From Octopus bimaculoides (taxonomy: Eukaryota), in the NCBI RefSeq assembly GCF_001194135.2, contig NC_068981.1, positions 108,389,025 through 108,453,024 of the forward strand: 64,000 nt of DNA, read 5' to 3'. The translations under genes were made by a program, and so were the position numbers. Shown piece after piece: positions 13,540-26,678 of the stretch. Numbering within the stretch: the first letter of the stretch is position 1; the number at the start of each line of letters is the position of its first letter. Below the pieces are notes generated by a model. It was not told the origin of the DNA. It made no database searches and was given only the letters and a program-made list of their open reading frames with translations.

Positions 13540-15442
13540 CATAGTACTCTCCCTGAGGATTATTCTCCATATCATCTTCCAGCTGTTGTGTTAAAGCTGC
13601 TAGTTTCTTTTCTGCTTCAGATGGACCTTTGCTTGGTCCTGGGGTCACTTGATAAGTTAGATGTGGTGAAACAGATAATTTTGGAAGAGTCTCTGAAGTC
13701 GGTTGAATATATGTTGAATTGGGTTGCGAGAATTGATTAGATACCATGTCCTCATTCGCAACACTTGTTGGTGCATTGGCATATTTCAAAGGAATTCTTG
13801 ATGATGTACTACCAGGCATTGGTTCAGTTTTATGAGGACCATGATAAGGTGGAGGAGGTTCCTTAGGGATATCAACGGGTTTACGAGTTGTCGATATACG
13901 CATATCATTTTCTAATTGTTGTGTTAAGGCAGCAAGTTTCTCTTCAGCATCTGAAAGTCCATTTTTTTTCGGAGGTATTGTTTCATAATATAATGGCAAA
14001 TTCATTGATGCGATATTACCTGGTACAGGAGGTCGAGGAATGTTGTGAGCAGTGGTTTGAATAGGTATACCTCCACTGATGTAGGGACTTTGATTTTGCG
14101 TAGTATTATTTACAGATGTTTGTAAGAACTGAGTAGTATTAGCATAAATTGGCTGTGTTGTGGAATCAGAAGTTATGTCAGTCGAAGGAGAAGAGACAAT
14201 AATAGGATGAGTTCGATATTTAAGCTCATTGTAAATATGTGGAGCCGGTTCATTAAATCTGCTGTCAGTTAAAATTGATCGAGAACCGCCGCCTGTATTG
14301 GTATTTTGCACCATCATAGTCTGGTGATTAACATGAGATGAGTAAGTATTCGAATTAAGTATGGTGTCAGGATGGGAACTGAAAGACCTTTCGTTGTTCG
14401 TCATAACAATACTACTTCTAGGACTAGGGTATCGATCATACAAAACTCCTGTTAGGCTGGCTCTTGGACTAGATTGTTTGGAATCTATTGAACCAGCACT
14501 AACACTAGATTTCGAACTGGCTATACTAGATCGTGGACTACTCATTCGTTGATCGTAAACTACTGACAAAGGTAAAGGTGGAGCTGGTGGTCCGATGACA
14601 CTCGTACGTGGACTGCAATTTTTAGAATCAGCACCACCGCCACTACCTAGACTTGAACGGGGACTAGAAAAAGTCGATCCAGATTGTTGTGACCTGGTGT
14701 TAACACTAGTATTAGCAGCATTAGACAAAGACTGGTTAGAATTTATCTGTATGGGTATCATAGTTGGAGTTGAAGTGGATGTCGTCATTACAATACCTGG
14801 AAGAGGTAAAAGTGAAGGTGAAGCATGTGCAGCGGCTGCCGCAGCCAAGGCTGCAGATGAAGGTGGAGGTGGTGGTGGCGGAATAGTACTACTTGGGAAA
14901 GAAGAGGAAGTTGCAGAAGAAGAATTTTTTAACCCTACCGTGTCCGAATAGCGAGGAAATATCAAGGACGATGTTGGATCTCCAAGAGGTGAACTTGTGA
15001 TAGACGGAGTATGAAAAGGTAATAAGTTACTACCTGGTTGAGGAAATATGGACATTACTGGTTTCATATTAGAAGTTGTTCCTAAATTTGACTGACCAAG
15101 AAGGATCGGAATCGGTGGCTTCGAATCTCCTCGAATGTGCATTAACTGTTGATGTAACTGTTGGTGGTGATGAAGCAAGTTAGAAGGGTGTTCGATACCG
15201 GAGCCGAAACCAGTTGAACTTACAAGTGTTTTTTGACTATATTTCATTTGTGCAGACTGTTTTTGCTGCATGTGTGCCATATATAGGCTCTGTTTGCATT
15301 TAAATTCTTCTCCAGCAGATGTGTCTGATTTTTTGGCTGTCACCTCGCGCCAGTATGTTTGTGGTGTGGGTACTTCAAACATACTTAAATCCTCTTTAAA
15401 CCGATTAATATCTTTGTCTGTATCATCAGAGTATCCATCCAT
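13540..15442 (-). CDS. WTIP: First coding exon (pre-LIM region) of an Ajuba/LIMD1/WTIP-family LIM protein
   Basis: 643-aa Ser/Pro-rich ORF ending EAEKKLAALTQQLEDDMENNPQGEYY-G, like the helix plus (D/E)YFG just before LIM1 in LIMD1/WTIP. It is followed by donor G|GTAGGT at 13540/13539 (phase 1). LIM exons were not found in 1-13500 and are probably outside the window. The symbol is a family-level call. Confidence 0.8.
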
Positions 15443-16638
15443 GGCACTAACTCGTGATTAGACGTTTATATCTGTTTTTATCGAGCTAAAAAAAAACAGA
15501 ATTACGAAATCTATCAAAGTATACTTAACTTTGAAAGAGTAAAGTAATTCACCATGTAGCCAGGTACTCTACAATAATGGCGGGGGTAACGTGGCGCAGT
15601 GATACCTAGATTTTCTTCTTTCGCACTATTTATAGAGAACCGCAGTGCATTTCCTTCGCAATTCCGACAGATTTTGTTAATGTATTTTTATGAAACTTAT
15701 TAAACTTTTATCACCATTTTCTTCGTGCCAATAAAATTAATAGATTGTTCAATTTCGTTACAATAATTATTCCAAGAAAATTTTTAGGATACTAAATATT
15801 CAGAAGAAGATTGTCAACGAATATAACATGTATTACTACATGTATCAAGAAAAGTTTGTTTTCTTTTTTTAAATGTATTATAATTTCAAATAAATGTGTT
15901 AAATATGTGCTGGAAATGGAAATCAGAGATTCTGAATATCATAAATTTTCCAACTCACTACGTTAAATTATATTTCGCTGAACATTACCACCCACACTAA
16001 CTTAGGTTTGGCTTGTGTACAAACAACATCACGTGTTTACCTTAAGTTGTATAACAACCGTAAGAGACGGCTTTCTCACTCATTCCAAGAAAAGATTCTA
16101 CCCACAACCTCCGGAGATGGTTTCCGTACACGAATACTTGCACAAGTTTTAGATTACATTATTGTTGTTTATACGCAACTTAGCCTTGACTCACCACACT
16201 TATTATCAAAGGCTACGAGTGGGACACTCGTAGCCAGCCCACCTTTTTGTTAGTCTAGAAATACAACTGTCCATTTTTATGGTGATGTACTTTGAGAAAG
16301 ATTTGGATGCTATTTCTAAGAAGTCGAGTGACCACTCACTGTTTCTTATATGTATATAAATAATACACACACACACATATATGAAATACCACAAGGTATA
16401 GAAAATACGTATTCGCCTTTATATATTTAATCCTTTATAGTGAACACTCAATATTTCATATATTCAATAAGACATATTCCATATATTCAATAAGACATTC
16501 AATACTTCATTTCATTGAACCATCCATCTTTTTTTATATTATATATTATATATTCCATATTCTATATCCCACATAAATTTTACAAGAATATAAATAAAAA
16601 ACATAAAAAACAGACAGAGTTGGAACTCTTTTAAATAA

Positions 16639-16669
<31 letters not shown>

Positions 16670-16949
16670 NNNNNNNNNNNNNNNNNNNNNNNNNNNNNNN
16701 NNNNNNNNNNNNNNNNNNNNNNNNNNNNNNNNNNNNNNNNNNNNNNNNNNNNNNNNNNNNNNNNNNNNNNNNNNNNNNNNNNNNNNNNNNNNNNNNNNNN
16801 NNNNNNNNNNNNNNNNNNTATATATATGTATGTATATATATACATATATATATATATCTTATATATTATATATAATCTATATATGCAACATACAGGTATA
16901 TAATATATATATAAGATATATATATATATATATAACATTCTTTTATTTG

Positions 16950-17339
16950 TTTTAGTCATTTCACTGTGGCCATGCTGGAGCACCACTTTTAGTCAAATAG
17001 ACTGACCCCAGGACTTATTGTTTCTAAGTCTAGTACTTATTCTATCGGACTTTGGCCAAACCGGGCACATAAACACATTAACATCGGTTGTCAAGCGATA
17101 GTGGGGGGGGGGGGACAAACACAAATACACATACATACATACACATATATATATATACATATATATATATATAATACACAACAGGCTTCTTTCAGTTTCC
17201 GTCTACTAAATCCACTTACAAGGCTTTGGTCGGCCAAGGCTATAGTAGAAGACACTTGCCCAAAGTGCTATGCAGTGGGATTGAACCCAGAACTATATGG
17301 TTGGTAAGCAAGTTACTTACCTCACAGCCACACCAGTGC

Positions 17340-17340
<1 letters not shown>
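16950..17340 (-). mobile_element. Bipartite tRNA-derived SINE with internal TA/CA microsatellite
   Basis: Head ggttcaatcccactg...caagtgtcttctactatagcc; 3' half ...ggtgctccagcatggccacagtg... Confidence 0.8.
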
Positions 17341-17604
<264 letters not shown>

Positions 17605-17889
17605 TATTTTTTTTTTGTAGTTTCAGCTCAGAGCTTTGGCCATGTTGGAGCACTGCTGTTTTGCTACACTTTTATTACTGGGAGCCTCCTCTAATATGTG
17701 GCATTTGGTGAAGAATGGAGTTTGATGTATTATGTACACATATATCTATATTATGTAGATATATATATATATTTATTTATGTGTTTCAGCCAAGTGGCTG
17801 CGGTCGTGCTGGAGCACCACCATGACTTTCCCTCCTTATGCTGTGCTCTCTGCATGTTCTTTGCATGGCTCTTCTCCTCCACCTGATGT

Positions 17890-18580
17890 AGTCTAATCAA
17901 GAGTTTCGATGGCACATCTGGTGTATAAGAGAATTTGACATCACTGCCCTCAACTATGTCCCATTTTGAGCCATCAGTTCGTCTGGTAACGTGGATAGGA
18001 AAGTGTTGAGTTTAGTTTTGAAGACCTCTATATCCATGTCTTCAAGATCTCTCAATTGTTTTGGCAGGGCATTAAAGAGCCGAGGTCCTCTGAAACCGAG
18101 GCTGTTGCAGTACCTTGTTCTTATGTGAGATGCAGTAGACGATACCCTTGGTATTATGCAGTGGCGACCTGTGCGGGCATGCGTGTAGTACTTGATGCCA
18201 AAGTTTGGTACCAGTCCTTTCAGTATTTTCCATATATAAATTTTTACATATCTCTCCTGCCTGCGCTCCAGGGAGTTGAGACCTAGTGCCTTCAGTCGCT
18301 CCCTGTAGTTCATCTGCTGGACTGTGACAATCTTTTTTGTATAGTGACGCTGAATTGCCTCGGGTTCTGCTGTCCGCTTGACACTGTGTGGTGACCACAA
18401 CTGAGAGCAATAGTATAGGTGGCTCAAAACAAATGTCTTCCATAGAGTCAACATGACTTTTTGATCCCTTGTTCTGAATGTCTTCAGTATCCACCCTGCC
18501 AGTTGTCTGCACTTTGCTGTCAACTTGACAATGTGCATGTGAAATGATGCATCACTATGCATGCGATGCCCAGGTCTCTC
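17890..18580 (-). mobile_element. CR1/L2-group LINE ORF2 C-terminal fragment
   Basis: GWILKTFRTRDQKVMLTLWKTFVLSHLYYCSQLWSP...EAIQRHYTK...NYRERLKALGLNSLERRQER...GPRLFNALP. Confidence 0.85.
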
Positions 18581-18769
18581 ACAGTTTGTGGTTCTGGGAT
18601 TGCAGTACCTGCAGGTCCTGTGTATGCCAGTTGGGGGGCACTTGTGGCCTTGTAGCACAGGTTTTTTAGGTTTTCGCAAGCAGGGTTTTTAGTGTCCAAT
18701 GAAGTAAAGATACGGATTAGTGAGCTGGCTACACTTCTGGCAGAGATCACAGATTATGCTGTCACTTGC

Positions 18770-20780
18770 CTTGCTAGGTCTTCTCACGTACTGCATATTT
18801 CCAAAGGTCCTGGTCACTGGTCATTGCCTCGGTGAGGCCTAAGGTTCGAAGGTCGTGCTTCACCACCTCATCCCAGGTCTTCCTGGGCTTACCTCTTCCC
18901 TCAACTGCTAGGGTGTGGCACTTTTTCACACAGCTATCCTCATCCATTCTCGCCACATGTCCATACCAGCGCAATCGTCTCTCTTGCACACCACAACTGA
19001 TGCTTCTTAGGTTCAACTTTTCTCTCAAGGTACTTACACTGTCGAGTATGCACACTTACATTTCACATTCCATCGAAGCATACGGGCTTCATTTCTTGCA
19101 AGCTTACGCATGTCCTCAGCAGTCATGGCCCATGTTTCACTGCTGTTTGTACACATGTGTCATACAGTCTGCCTTTTAATCTGAGTGAGAGGCCCTTTGT
19201 CACCAGCAGAGGTAAGGGCTCTCTAAACTTTGCCCAGGCTATTATTATTCTAGCAGCTACACTTTCAGTTCACCTTCTCCCTACTAACTTGGTCACCTAG
19301 ATAGCGGAAACTATCAACCACTTCTAGTTTTTCTCTCTGGAATGTGGCAGAAGTTCTTTTCTGCACATTTACAGTGTTTATTGCTCCTGAACATCTGCTA
19401 CATACAAAAACTAACTTCCTAGTTAACCTTCCTTTGATATTGCTGCACCTCTTATGTGTCCATAGCTTGCACTGGGTGCATCTTATAGAGTTTCTACCTA
19501 CGCCTTTTCTACAGATCGAGCAGGGCCATCGACCTGAAGGGGTTTGTGATTTTTCTACCTTCCTACTTATTAAGGCTTTGGTTTTAACTAGGTTGACTCT
19601 AAGGCCCTTCGATTCTAATCCTTGCTTTCACACCTGAAACTTTTCCTCTAGTTCTGATAGTGACTCAGCAATTAGATCAAGGTCATCAGCATAGAGGAGC
19701 TCCCAGGGGCAACCTGTCTTGAATTCCTGTGTTATTGCCTGGAGGACTATGATAAATAGGCGGGGGCTGAGGACAGAACCTTGGTGGACCCCTACCTCTA
19801 CCCGGAATTCTTCACTGTACTCATTGCCAACCCTCACTTTGCTGACAGCGTCTCTGTACATGGCTCGCACAGCTCTCAGTAACCATTCTTCTATCCTTAG
19901 TTTCCTCATTGACCACCAGATGACGGATCGGGGGACCCTGTCAAAGGCTTTCTCCATGTCAACAAAAGCCAGGTACAGAGGTTTATCCTTGGCTAGGTAT
20001 TTCTCCTGAAGCTGTCTTACCAGAAATATAGCATCAGTGGTGCTTTTCCCAGGCATGAACCTAAACTGATTCTCTCCCTAATTTGTTGGGCTATGACCCT
20101 CTCCGTGACTTTCATTACCTGATCTAACAGCTTGATACCTCTGTAAGTATTTGTATCTAAAGCATCACCTTTACCTTTGTAGCAGTTGATTATGGTGCTG
20201 CTACACCAGTCATTGGGTATGACTCCTTTGTGTATCACCTGGTTAACAATACAGGTGACTAGGCTATAGCCGACACTGCCAGATATTTTGAGCACCTCTG
20301 CAGTGATTCCTGATGGGCCGGGGGCTTTCCCTGTCTTCATACTCTTAATTGCTTTATCTACCAGGGTACTGTCAACTCGGATAGCTGGTCCTTCCCTTGG
20401 GTCGACATCCGGCAGACTCTCTCTCTCCCATTCATTCTCTTTATTGAGCAATCTTTCGTAGTGGCGTCTCCAAACCTCTTTCTTTGCAGCCTCATTTAGT
20501 GCAAACGTACCATCATCCATGCAAACACATTTCTCTTCCACGGCATCACGATTCTCTCTCACACAGCGTCTTGCAACACGAAATACCTGAAGTCTTTGGT
20601 CCTCACGGCGCAGAACATTGGCAAACTTTTCCTTATCTGCTTCTCCTCTGGCTAAATAAACCTGTCGCCAAGCTTCCCTTCTGGCAGTCTTGATACAATT
20701 CCCTGCTACCACCGTTCTTCCAGTCCTGTTTCTTTTCCCTAATTGCCCTGTCAACAACATTGTTCCACCACCATGTTACA
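18770..20780 (-). mobile_element. RTE-clade LINE ORF2 fragment (RT), frameshifted
   Basis: GKAPGPSGI, YKGKGDALD..YRGIKLL, STTDAIFLVRQLQEK, LAFVDMEKAFDRVPR, GVHQGSVLSP, LLYADDL, RLRWYGHVARM...KPRKTWDEVV. Confidence 0.93.
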
Positions 20781-21323
20781 AGTGTTTTATATTTAATGAC
20801 GTTTAATTTTTAAGACTTCTAATTTGTTGGTATTGTCCTTTGTGTACCTTGAAAATACCTCCACTGATACTGATATAATGCACTGCTTAAGCTAGAGGTT
20901 AGAACTGAAAAATCTCAGAAGACACCACCAATGTTGCTGTGTGACTTATCTTTGGAAAGGTTTACATATAAAGGTGGACTTATGATTTTTTTCCCATGTT
21001 AGTCATGCAGTTTGTAACTACCGTATTTTAACATGTATAAGGAACCCTCTAATTTTTGGGGCTCAAAATTTGGAAAAAAGGTTTTGTAAGGGATTATAAT
21101 ACTATCCGTGTATAAGAAACTCCCATATTTTTTTAACCTAATTTTTGACAAAAAAGGTTCCTTATACACGTTAAAATATGGTAATTTAAAAATTTTGTAA
21201 GTTAAATGATCAGGAACATTTGTGATCCACACTAATGTTTCCAGATCAGATCTAAGAAGCTCCTGGCAATATTTGATTTCATGTGGAAACTAAACAGAAC
21301 CCAGTTTTCAAGTACTTTGTTGT

Positions 21324-21690
21324 AGGTGTAGCCATGGCACTGTGGTAAGAAATTTACTTCCCAACTACATGGCTCCAGGTTCAGTCCCACTGGGTAGTAC
21401 CTTGGGTAGGTGTCTTATACTATAGCTTCAGGTTGACCAAAGCCTTGACTGAATTTGGTAGACAGAAACTGAAAGAAGCCTGTTATACATATATACATAC
21501 ACACATGTCTTCACCTCTGTTTATCTCTCAACATCACTTGATAACTGGTGTTGGTATGTTTATGTCTCCAAAACTTAGTGGCTGAGCAAGAGACTGATAG
21601 AATAAGTACCAGGCTTAACAAAATACTAAGTACTGGGGTTGATTTATTTGACTAAAAATTCTTCAAAGTGGTACCTCATCTTAGCCGCAT
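21324..21690 (+). mobile_element. Bipartite tRNA-derived SINE
   Basis: gtggtaagaaatttacttcccaactacatggctccaggttcagtcccactg...gaaactgaaagaagcc-(TA/CA)-...gatagaataagtacc. Confidence 0.8.
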
Positions 21691-22281
21691 ACTGATGATT
21701 AAAACAATTAAGTGATAAAAGATGACTTGCAGTTCTGTTGAACATTCTTATCAGATTACAAACTGGAGATACTTCCACTAACATTGCTGACAAGATTCTT
21801 AAAAATGGTAGGAGCATGATTGAAATCGGTTTTGATGTAAATGACCCTCTGATTTTCTGTATGGTTTGTATTTGCATGTGCCAAAATTTAATCTTGTGTA
21901 GGAAGTTGACTGCTATTACACTGTGAAAATGATATTAAAGTTTTCTTTTAATGAACCGATTACCTTTTTTTTCCCTATTCTATCTAGTTTGTGCCAGTTT
22001 ATATTGTTAGAAACAGCTGGACTATCATATCTGCCCAAGCAAAAATCTGGTGATAATCAGATTTAAATTTTATCAACACCATAGAAGAAATTTATATATA
22101 CATATATATATAAAAAAGAAAAAATGATTTCAGATTCTACTAACTGGAATTCTACCTGGAGCCTATAGAAGTTCATGTTATTCCATTACTGCTTTATCAA
22201 CTGACCATATTGTAATTATTTCTACCCACATCTAAGAAATTAAATTTAATAGGATGTAAATTAGACAGAATGGTAATAAAT

Positions 22282-22313
<32 letters not shown>

Positions 22314-22719
22314 ATTTTCATTTGCATATTTAATAAATGTGTATTTAGCCTTGCAATGCAAATAAACTCTGAAGCTAAACAATTGGCAGACAGTATGGTA
22401 GAGCTATTTGAGAGTAGACGTGTGGATAAGCACTTCCCTTGTGAAATTCTCTTTTAGTGTCATGACAAAGTTAGGCTTTTATTTTGGGGTGATTCTGTCG
22501 CGAATGTTTATATATTATTCTTTCTGCCTTTAGAAGAATTTGTTGTCTGTGTATCCTGGTGAGATCTTTTGCTTTGCAGTGTTGCCTGAACATAGTTTTT
22601 AACCATATAAGAAGTTTTCTTGCCATTTGCTTTGCCAATTTCTATTTCAGTTTACAAGTTAGATTTATATTGACAATATCATGCATTGAATCTTTTGATA
22701 TAATTTAGGTAATGTACTG

Positions 22720-23400
22720 GCTCTTGTGCGGGTGACACATGAAATTATTCGAGTGAGTTCGTTGCCAGTGCCCCTGGAGTGGCTCATGTGCGGGCGACAC
22801 ATGAAATCTTTCGAGCGGGATCGTTGCCGGTGCCCCTGGACTGGCTCATGTGCGGGCGACACATGAAATCTTTCGAGCGGGATTGTTGCCGGTGCCCCTG
22901 GATTGGCTCATGTGCGGGCGACACATGNNNNNNNNNNNNNNNNNNNNNNNNNNNNNNNNNNNNNNNNNNNNNNNNNNNNNNNNNNNNNNNNNNNNNNNNN
23001 NNNNNNNNNNNNNNNNNNNNNNNNNNNNNNNNNNNNNNNNNNNNNNNNNNNNNNNNNNNNNNNNNNNNNNNNNNNNNNNNNNNNNNNNNNNNNNNNNNNN
23101 NNNNNNNNNNNNNNNNNNNNNNCTATTTCAGTTTACAAGTTAGATTTATATTGACAATATCATGCATTGAATCTTTTGATATAATTTAGGTAATGTACTG
23201 GCTCTTGTGCGGGTGACACGTAAAAGCACCCACTACACTCTGAGTGGTTGGCGTTAGGAAGGGCATCCAGCTGTAGAAACTCTGCCAAATCAGATTGGAG
23301 CCTGGTGTAGCCATCTGGTTTCACCAGTCTTCAGTCAAATTGTCCAACCCATGCTAGCATGGAAAGCGGACGTTAAACAACGACGACGATGACGACATAC
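22720..23400 (+). repeat. RTE 3' UTR with homogeneous 62-bp minisatellite, split by a gap
   Basis: Unit ggctcatgtgcgggcgacacatgaaatctttcgagcgggatcgttgccggtgcccctggact repeated into the gap; RTE tail after the gap. Confidence 0.85.
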
Positions 23401-24518
23401 CAACTACCAATTTCTGTGGCTTTCGTTCTTCAATTTGAAGTGTTTGTGTCTATTAACTAATATAAGTTTATTGTACAGTATGAATGCGAAAATTTTAGAT
23501 TTCTGTAAAAAAGGACAGTTTATTTTTGTATTCAATAGAGTATTTACAACTTATGTACATACATGTAGACATGTACGTGTATGCATGCAAAGATATGTTT
23601 CTATTCTTTAGAGTGAAAAAAAAAAAGGGATGGGCAACAATTTATATCTGAAATTTCATGGCATACATATCAGTGTTTAAGATACATTCCTTAAACAAAA
23701 AGCCAAGTTAATTATTCTCAAAAATATCTCTCAAACTAAAATAATGGTAACAGTCCAAAAACTATTAATACGTATGTAAATTTTTACAACTTCCAGCCAT
23801 CATTATTACTTTGAGAGAGACAGTTGATAAATGGAGACATTTGAAGCAGCTGTGCTCATTTGTCTCTCACTATTACCTTATATAGTTTTACAATTTGTGT
23901 TGGTCAGATAGTGATATTACAGCACAACCAGGCAGTAACACATATCCTGACCAACAAACATTAAAAAATTTAATCAATAATGAACTTTTAATTCTACATA
24001 CCTGTGAGGTTCTAGGTTCAACCACAAATTGACCAATGCCTTATGAGTGAAATTTGATAAACAGATACTGTGTGGAAACCCCTCCATGCTTTTACTAATT
24101 GTGGTAGATGCTAGATAGTCATCTTGGCCTCACATATGACCAAAAAGAAGAAAAAAACATCCAGAAGGGAGAGATGGTAGCACTTCCACCTGACAAGCAA
24201 GGAAAATTGAATGCAAAGACAGTAGGAATATAAACGTCTATATTATAGTAAACACACTATGTAGCCATATCATTAAAATGGGAGCAATAACCTCCAGCCC
24301 AATTTGCAATAGATTTTCAAGAAAAACCATATTGATAGCTGTTTCTATTATAGAGATGTGTTTGAAAATGGTGACGAAAATAAATTGCACATTATCAATT
24401 CTTTGATGTCAAATTTTCCTTACATGAACTTGAGATTAATGCAATTAAAGAATAAACAAAAACAAAGTTAAAAGAAGAAATAAAAAATGGATTTATGGAC
24501 AAAATAATGAAGTATGAT

Positions 24519-24585
24519 TCAATCTTTCATCTCTCCCTCTTCGTCTTCTTCCTCTACTCCTCTTATATATAAAACATTGTTGCAT
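24519..24585 (-). CDS. SNRPF: snRNP SmF exon 4
   Basis: ttttgtttcag|A TGC AAC...; encodes CNNVLYIRGVEEEDEEGEMKD*. Joined CDS is 267 nt = 88 aa plus stop. Confidence 0.96.
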
Positions 24586-25104
24586 CTGAAACAAAATATT
24601 AAGTCAAAATCAGAAAGAAATTCCTTTACTAATATATAAAATATATAAATAAGAAAGTTTAGAATGAATATATAATGGAATAACTTTAAGCTAATAAAAA
24701 ATTACAAAATGCAAATTTTGGATTTAAAGTTTAAACTAAAAAAAAAAAAAAACCTTAAAAACAACAAATTTCACATATATTTTAAAGTTGAAACTGTAAG
24801 CAATATCAAAGTTTGCAAACTTGATTGTAATATATAACAAATATACTCTTATTAATTACTGATAATTTATGAAGCTACCAAAGATAAACTCATACTTGCA
24901 AGAGTAATTCAGAAGTTAGTTTTGCCTTGCAGTTTTAGGTTCAGTTCTACTGTGACATATTAAGCAAGTGTCATCTACTCTAGCTCAAGGCTGATTAACG
25001 CCTTGAGTGAATTTAGTAGACAAATGTGTGAATATTTACATTCTGCACTTCATACAAAAAAGTACTGAACTAGAAGCAGTGATTCAGTTCTATATTTAAG
25101 AGAT

Positions 25105-25340
25105 GAGGAATTATGTACATTATTTACATTCGACGGATATTTGTCCTCATCTTGTTTGTTAACACGTTTCAGCTGATATACCCTCCAGCCTTCATTAGGT
25201 GTCTTGGGGAAATTTTGAACTTGGGTTCTCATTCCTAAGGTATTTTTTGATGTTGTTATTATTGTTCAGGTGACTGCTTAGAATCAAACTCAGAATCTTG
25301 GGGTTAATAGCCAGCACTCTTAATCACTATGCCATATGCC
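25105..25340 (-). mobile_element. tRNA-derived SINE-like element with hammerhead-like 3' module, in SmF intron 3
   Basis: Head tggcatagtgattaagag...gagtttgattc (A/B-box-like), (aat/aac)n linker, gacac-CTAATGA-a-ggctg..cagct-GAAA-cgt, tail aatgtaaataatgtacataat. Confidence 0.7.
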
Positions 25341-26613
25341 AGTGATGTTTGTTGACATTGTGTGTCTCTCTGTTTTCAAAGATAAGTGGAATGAACATCC
25401 CTTATTTGAAAAACAGGTTAAGTGTTAGGCATTGGCTGGCCTGATCCTTGAGTAGAAACCACTTACCCAAGGTATGTGCATGACACACACCACATGGTCA
25501 CAACCTGCATCTTGTATATGTCATCATTTTTACACAGGTATCAAAGATGAAGCTCATCATGCCCACTCATCTCTTTTATGAGGTTTAGCCAGAGATCAGT
25601 TTCCACCACTTTAATGTCTTCCTCTTTCAAATGTTATAATTACTTGGATCATTTGCAACTTCTTTTTTCAACTGTCCTTTCCCATAAACAACACCCAAAT
25701 TAAAACCTGAGTTTTAATTTGGTATTGTTCATGCTATGCTGAGTATAGTACAAGACTTTTCTAGATTCTATCTGTGTGCTATTGAAGGAGACTAGGTTGT
25801 CATACTACAATTGGAAGAGGTTTTTGAAGTCTTTGTTCATGGCAGCTGTATGAGTATGGTGCAACGTGTCACATCTGTGTAAAGGTTAACAAGTGAATGG
25901 CGGTATCATCTACATCATATAGTGTTGTTATAAGTGATAATAAGTATCATGTTGACACATATCAAAACTGAAGGAATTCAAAGTGAAAAGAATTTTGTCA
26001 ATGCATGTGACAATAAAGAAATCTGAGAGGAAACTTTCAGTCCAAAAGATCAGAGATGGATGGTATCCACAGGATGGCTAAAAAGTTCACATGCTAGACA
26101 CAAAAGATTCTGTTAGGGCACTGCTTTTGTCCATGCTCTCAAGATGACTGATATTGAAGTACAAATCTCCAATAAATCTAGTTCTACCAAAAAACTTTAC
26201 TGAGAGACCCTCCATTGAGATGAGAGAAAGATTCTAAGTGATAATCACAAGTCAGGGTCAAAGAGGTTGTCCTAGAGAATGAGAGTGCATATTGATTTAC
26301 ATAAAGAGAATGGAAACTTGTTTGAGCACACCATTTCAGAGTAATGAAAGACCACAGGTAGGTTCAGCCACTTTGTTAGGTTGAAGTAAATTGAAAAGTC
26401 TTTATACTTGGCTATTCAGTATCTGGTGGTGAGACAGGTAGTGTGAAGGTGAATTTAGTTCTTGATATCCAAGTGTGAGTGGATTAAATTGCTTGAGAGT
26501 AAAGTTAGTATATAAAGACTGGACAACAGTCTATGATAGCCACAACACTTTGGTTAATTGAAAATGTATAAAGTAATTCAAAAATAAAAACAATTCAATA
26601 TAATGTGACTTGC

Positions 26614-26678
26614 CTCAAAAACACTTCTCCTAAATTTCCAGCTAATGCACCATCAATATACTCTTCAGTGTTGGCCAA
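26614..26678 (-). CDS. SNRPF: snRNP SmF exon 3
   Basis: cacag|TTG GCC AAC...; encodes [22 protein letters not shown]; 65 nt; donor AG|GCAAGT (GC). Confidence 0.95.

Noticed and set aside
14361-14951. Plus-strand ORFs overlapping the LIM-gene exon
   Set aside because: Antisense shadows of a Ser/Pro-rich coding exon.
22780-22927. Regularly spaced repeats superficially like a CRISPR array
   Set aside because: Head-to-tail units without unique spacers, inside a eukaryotic LINE 3' UTR, with no cas genes.
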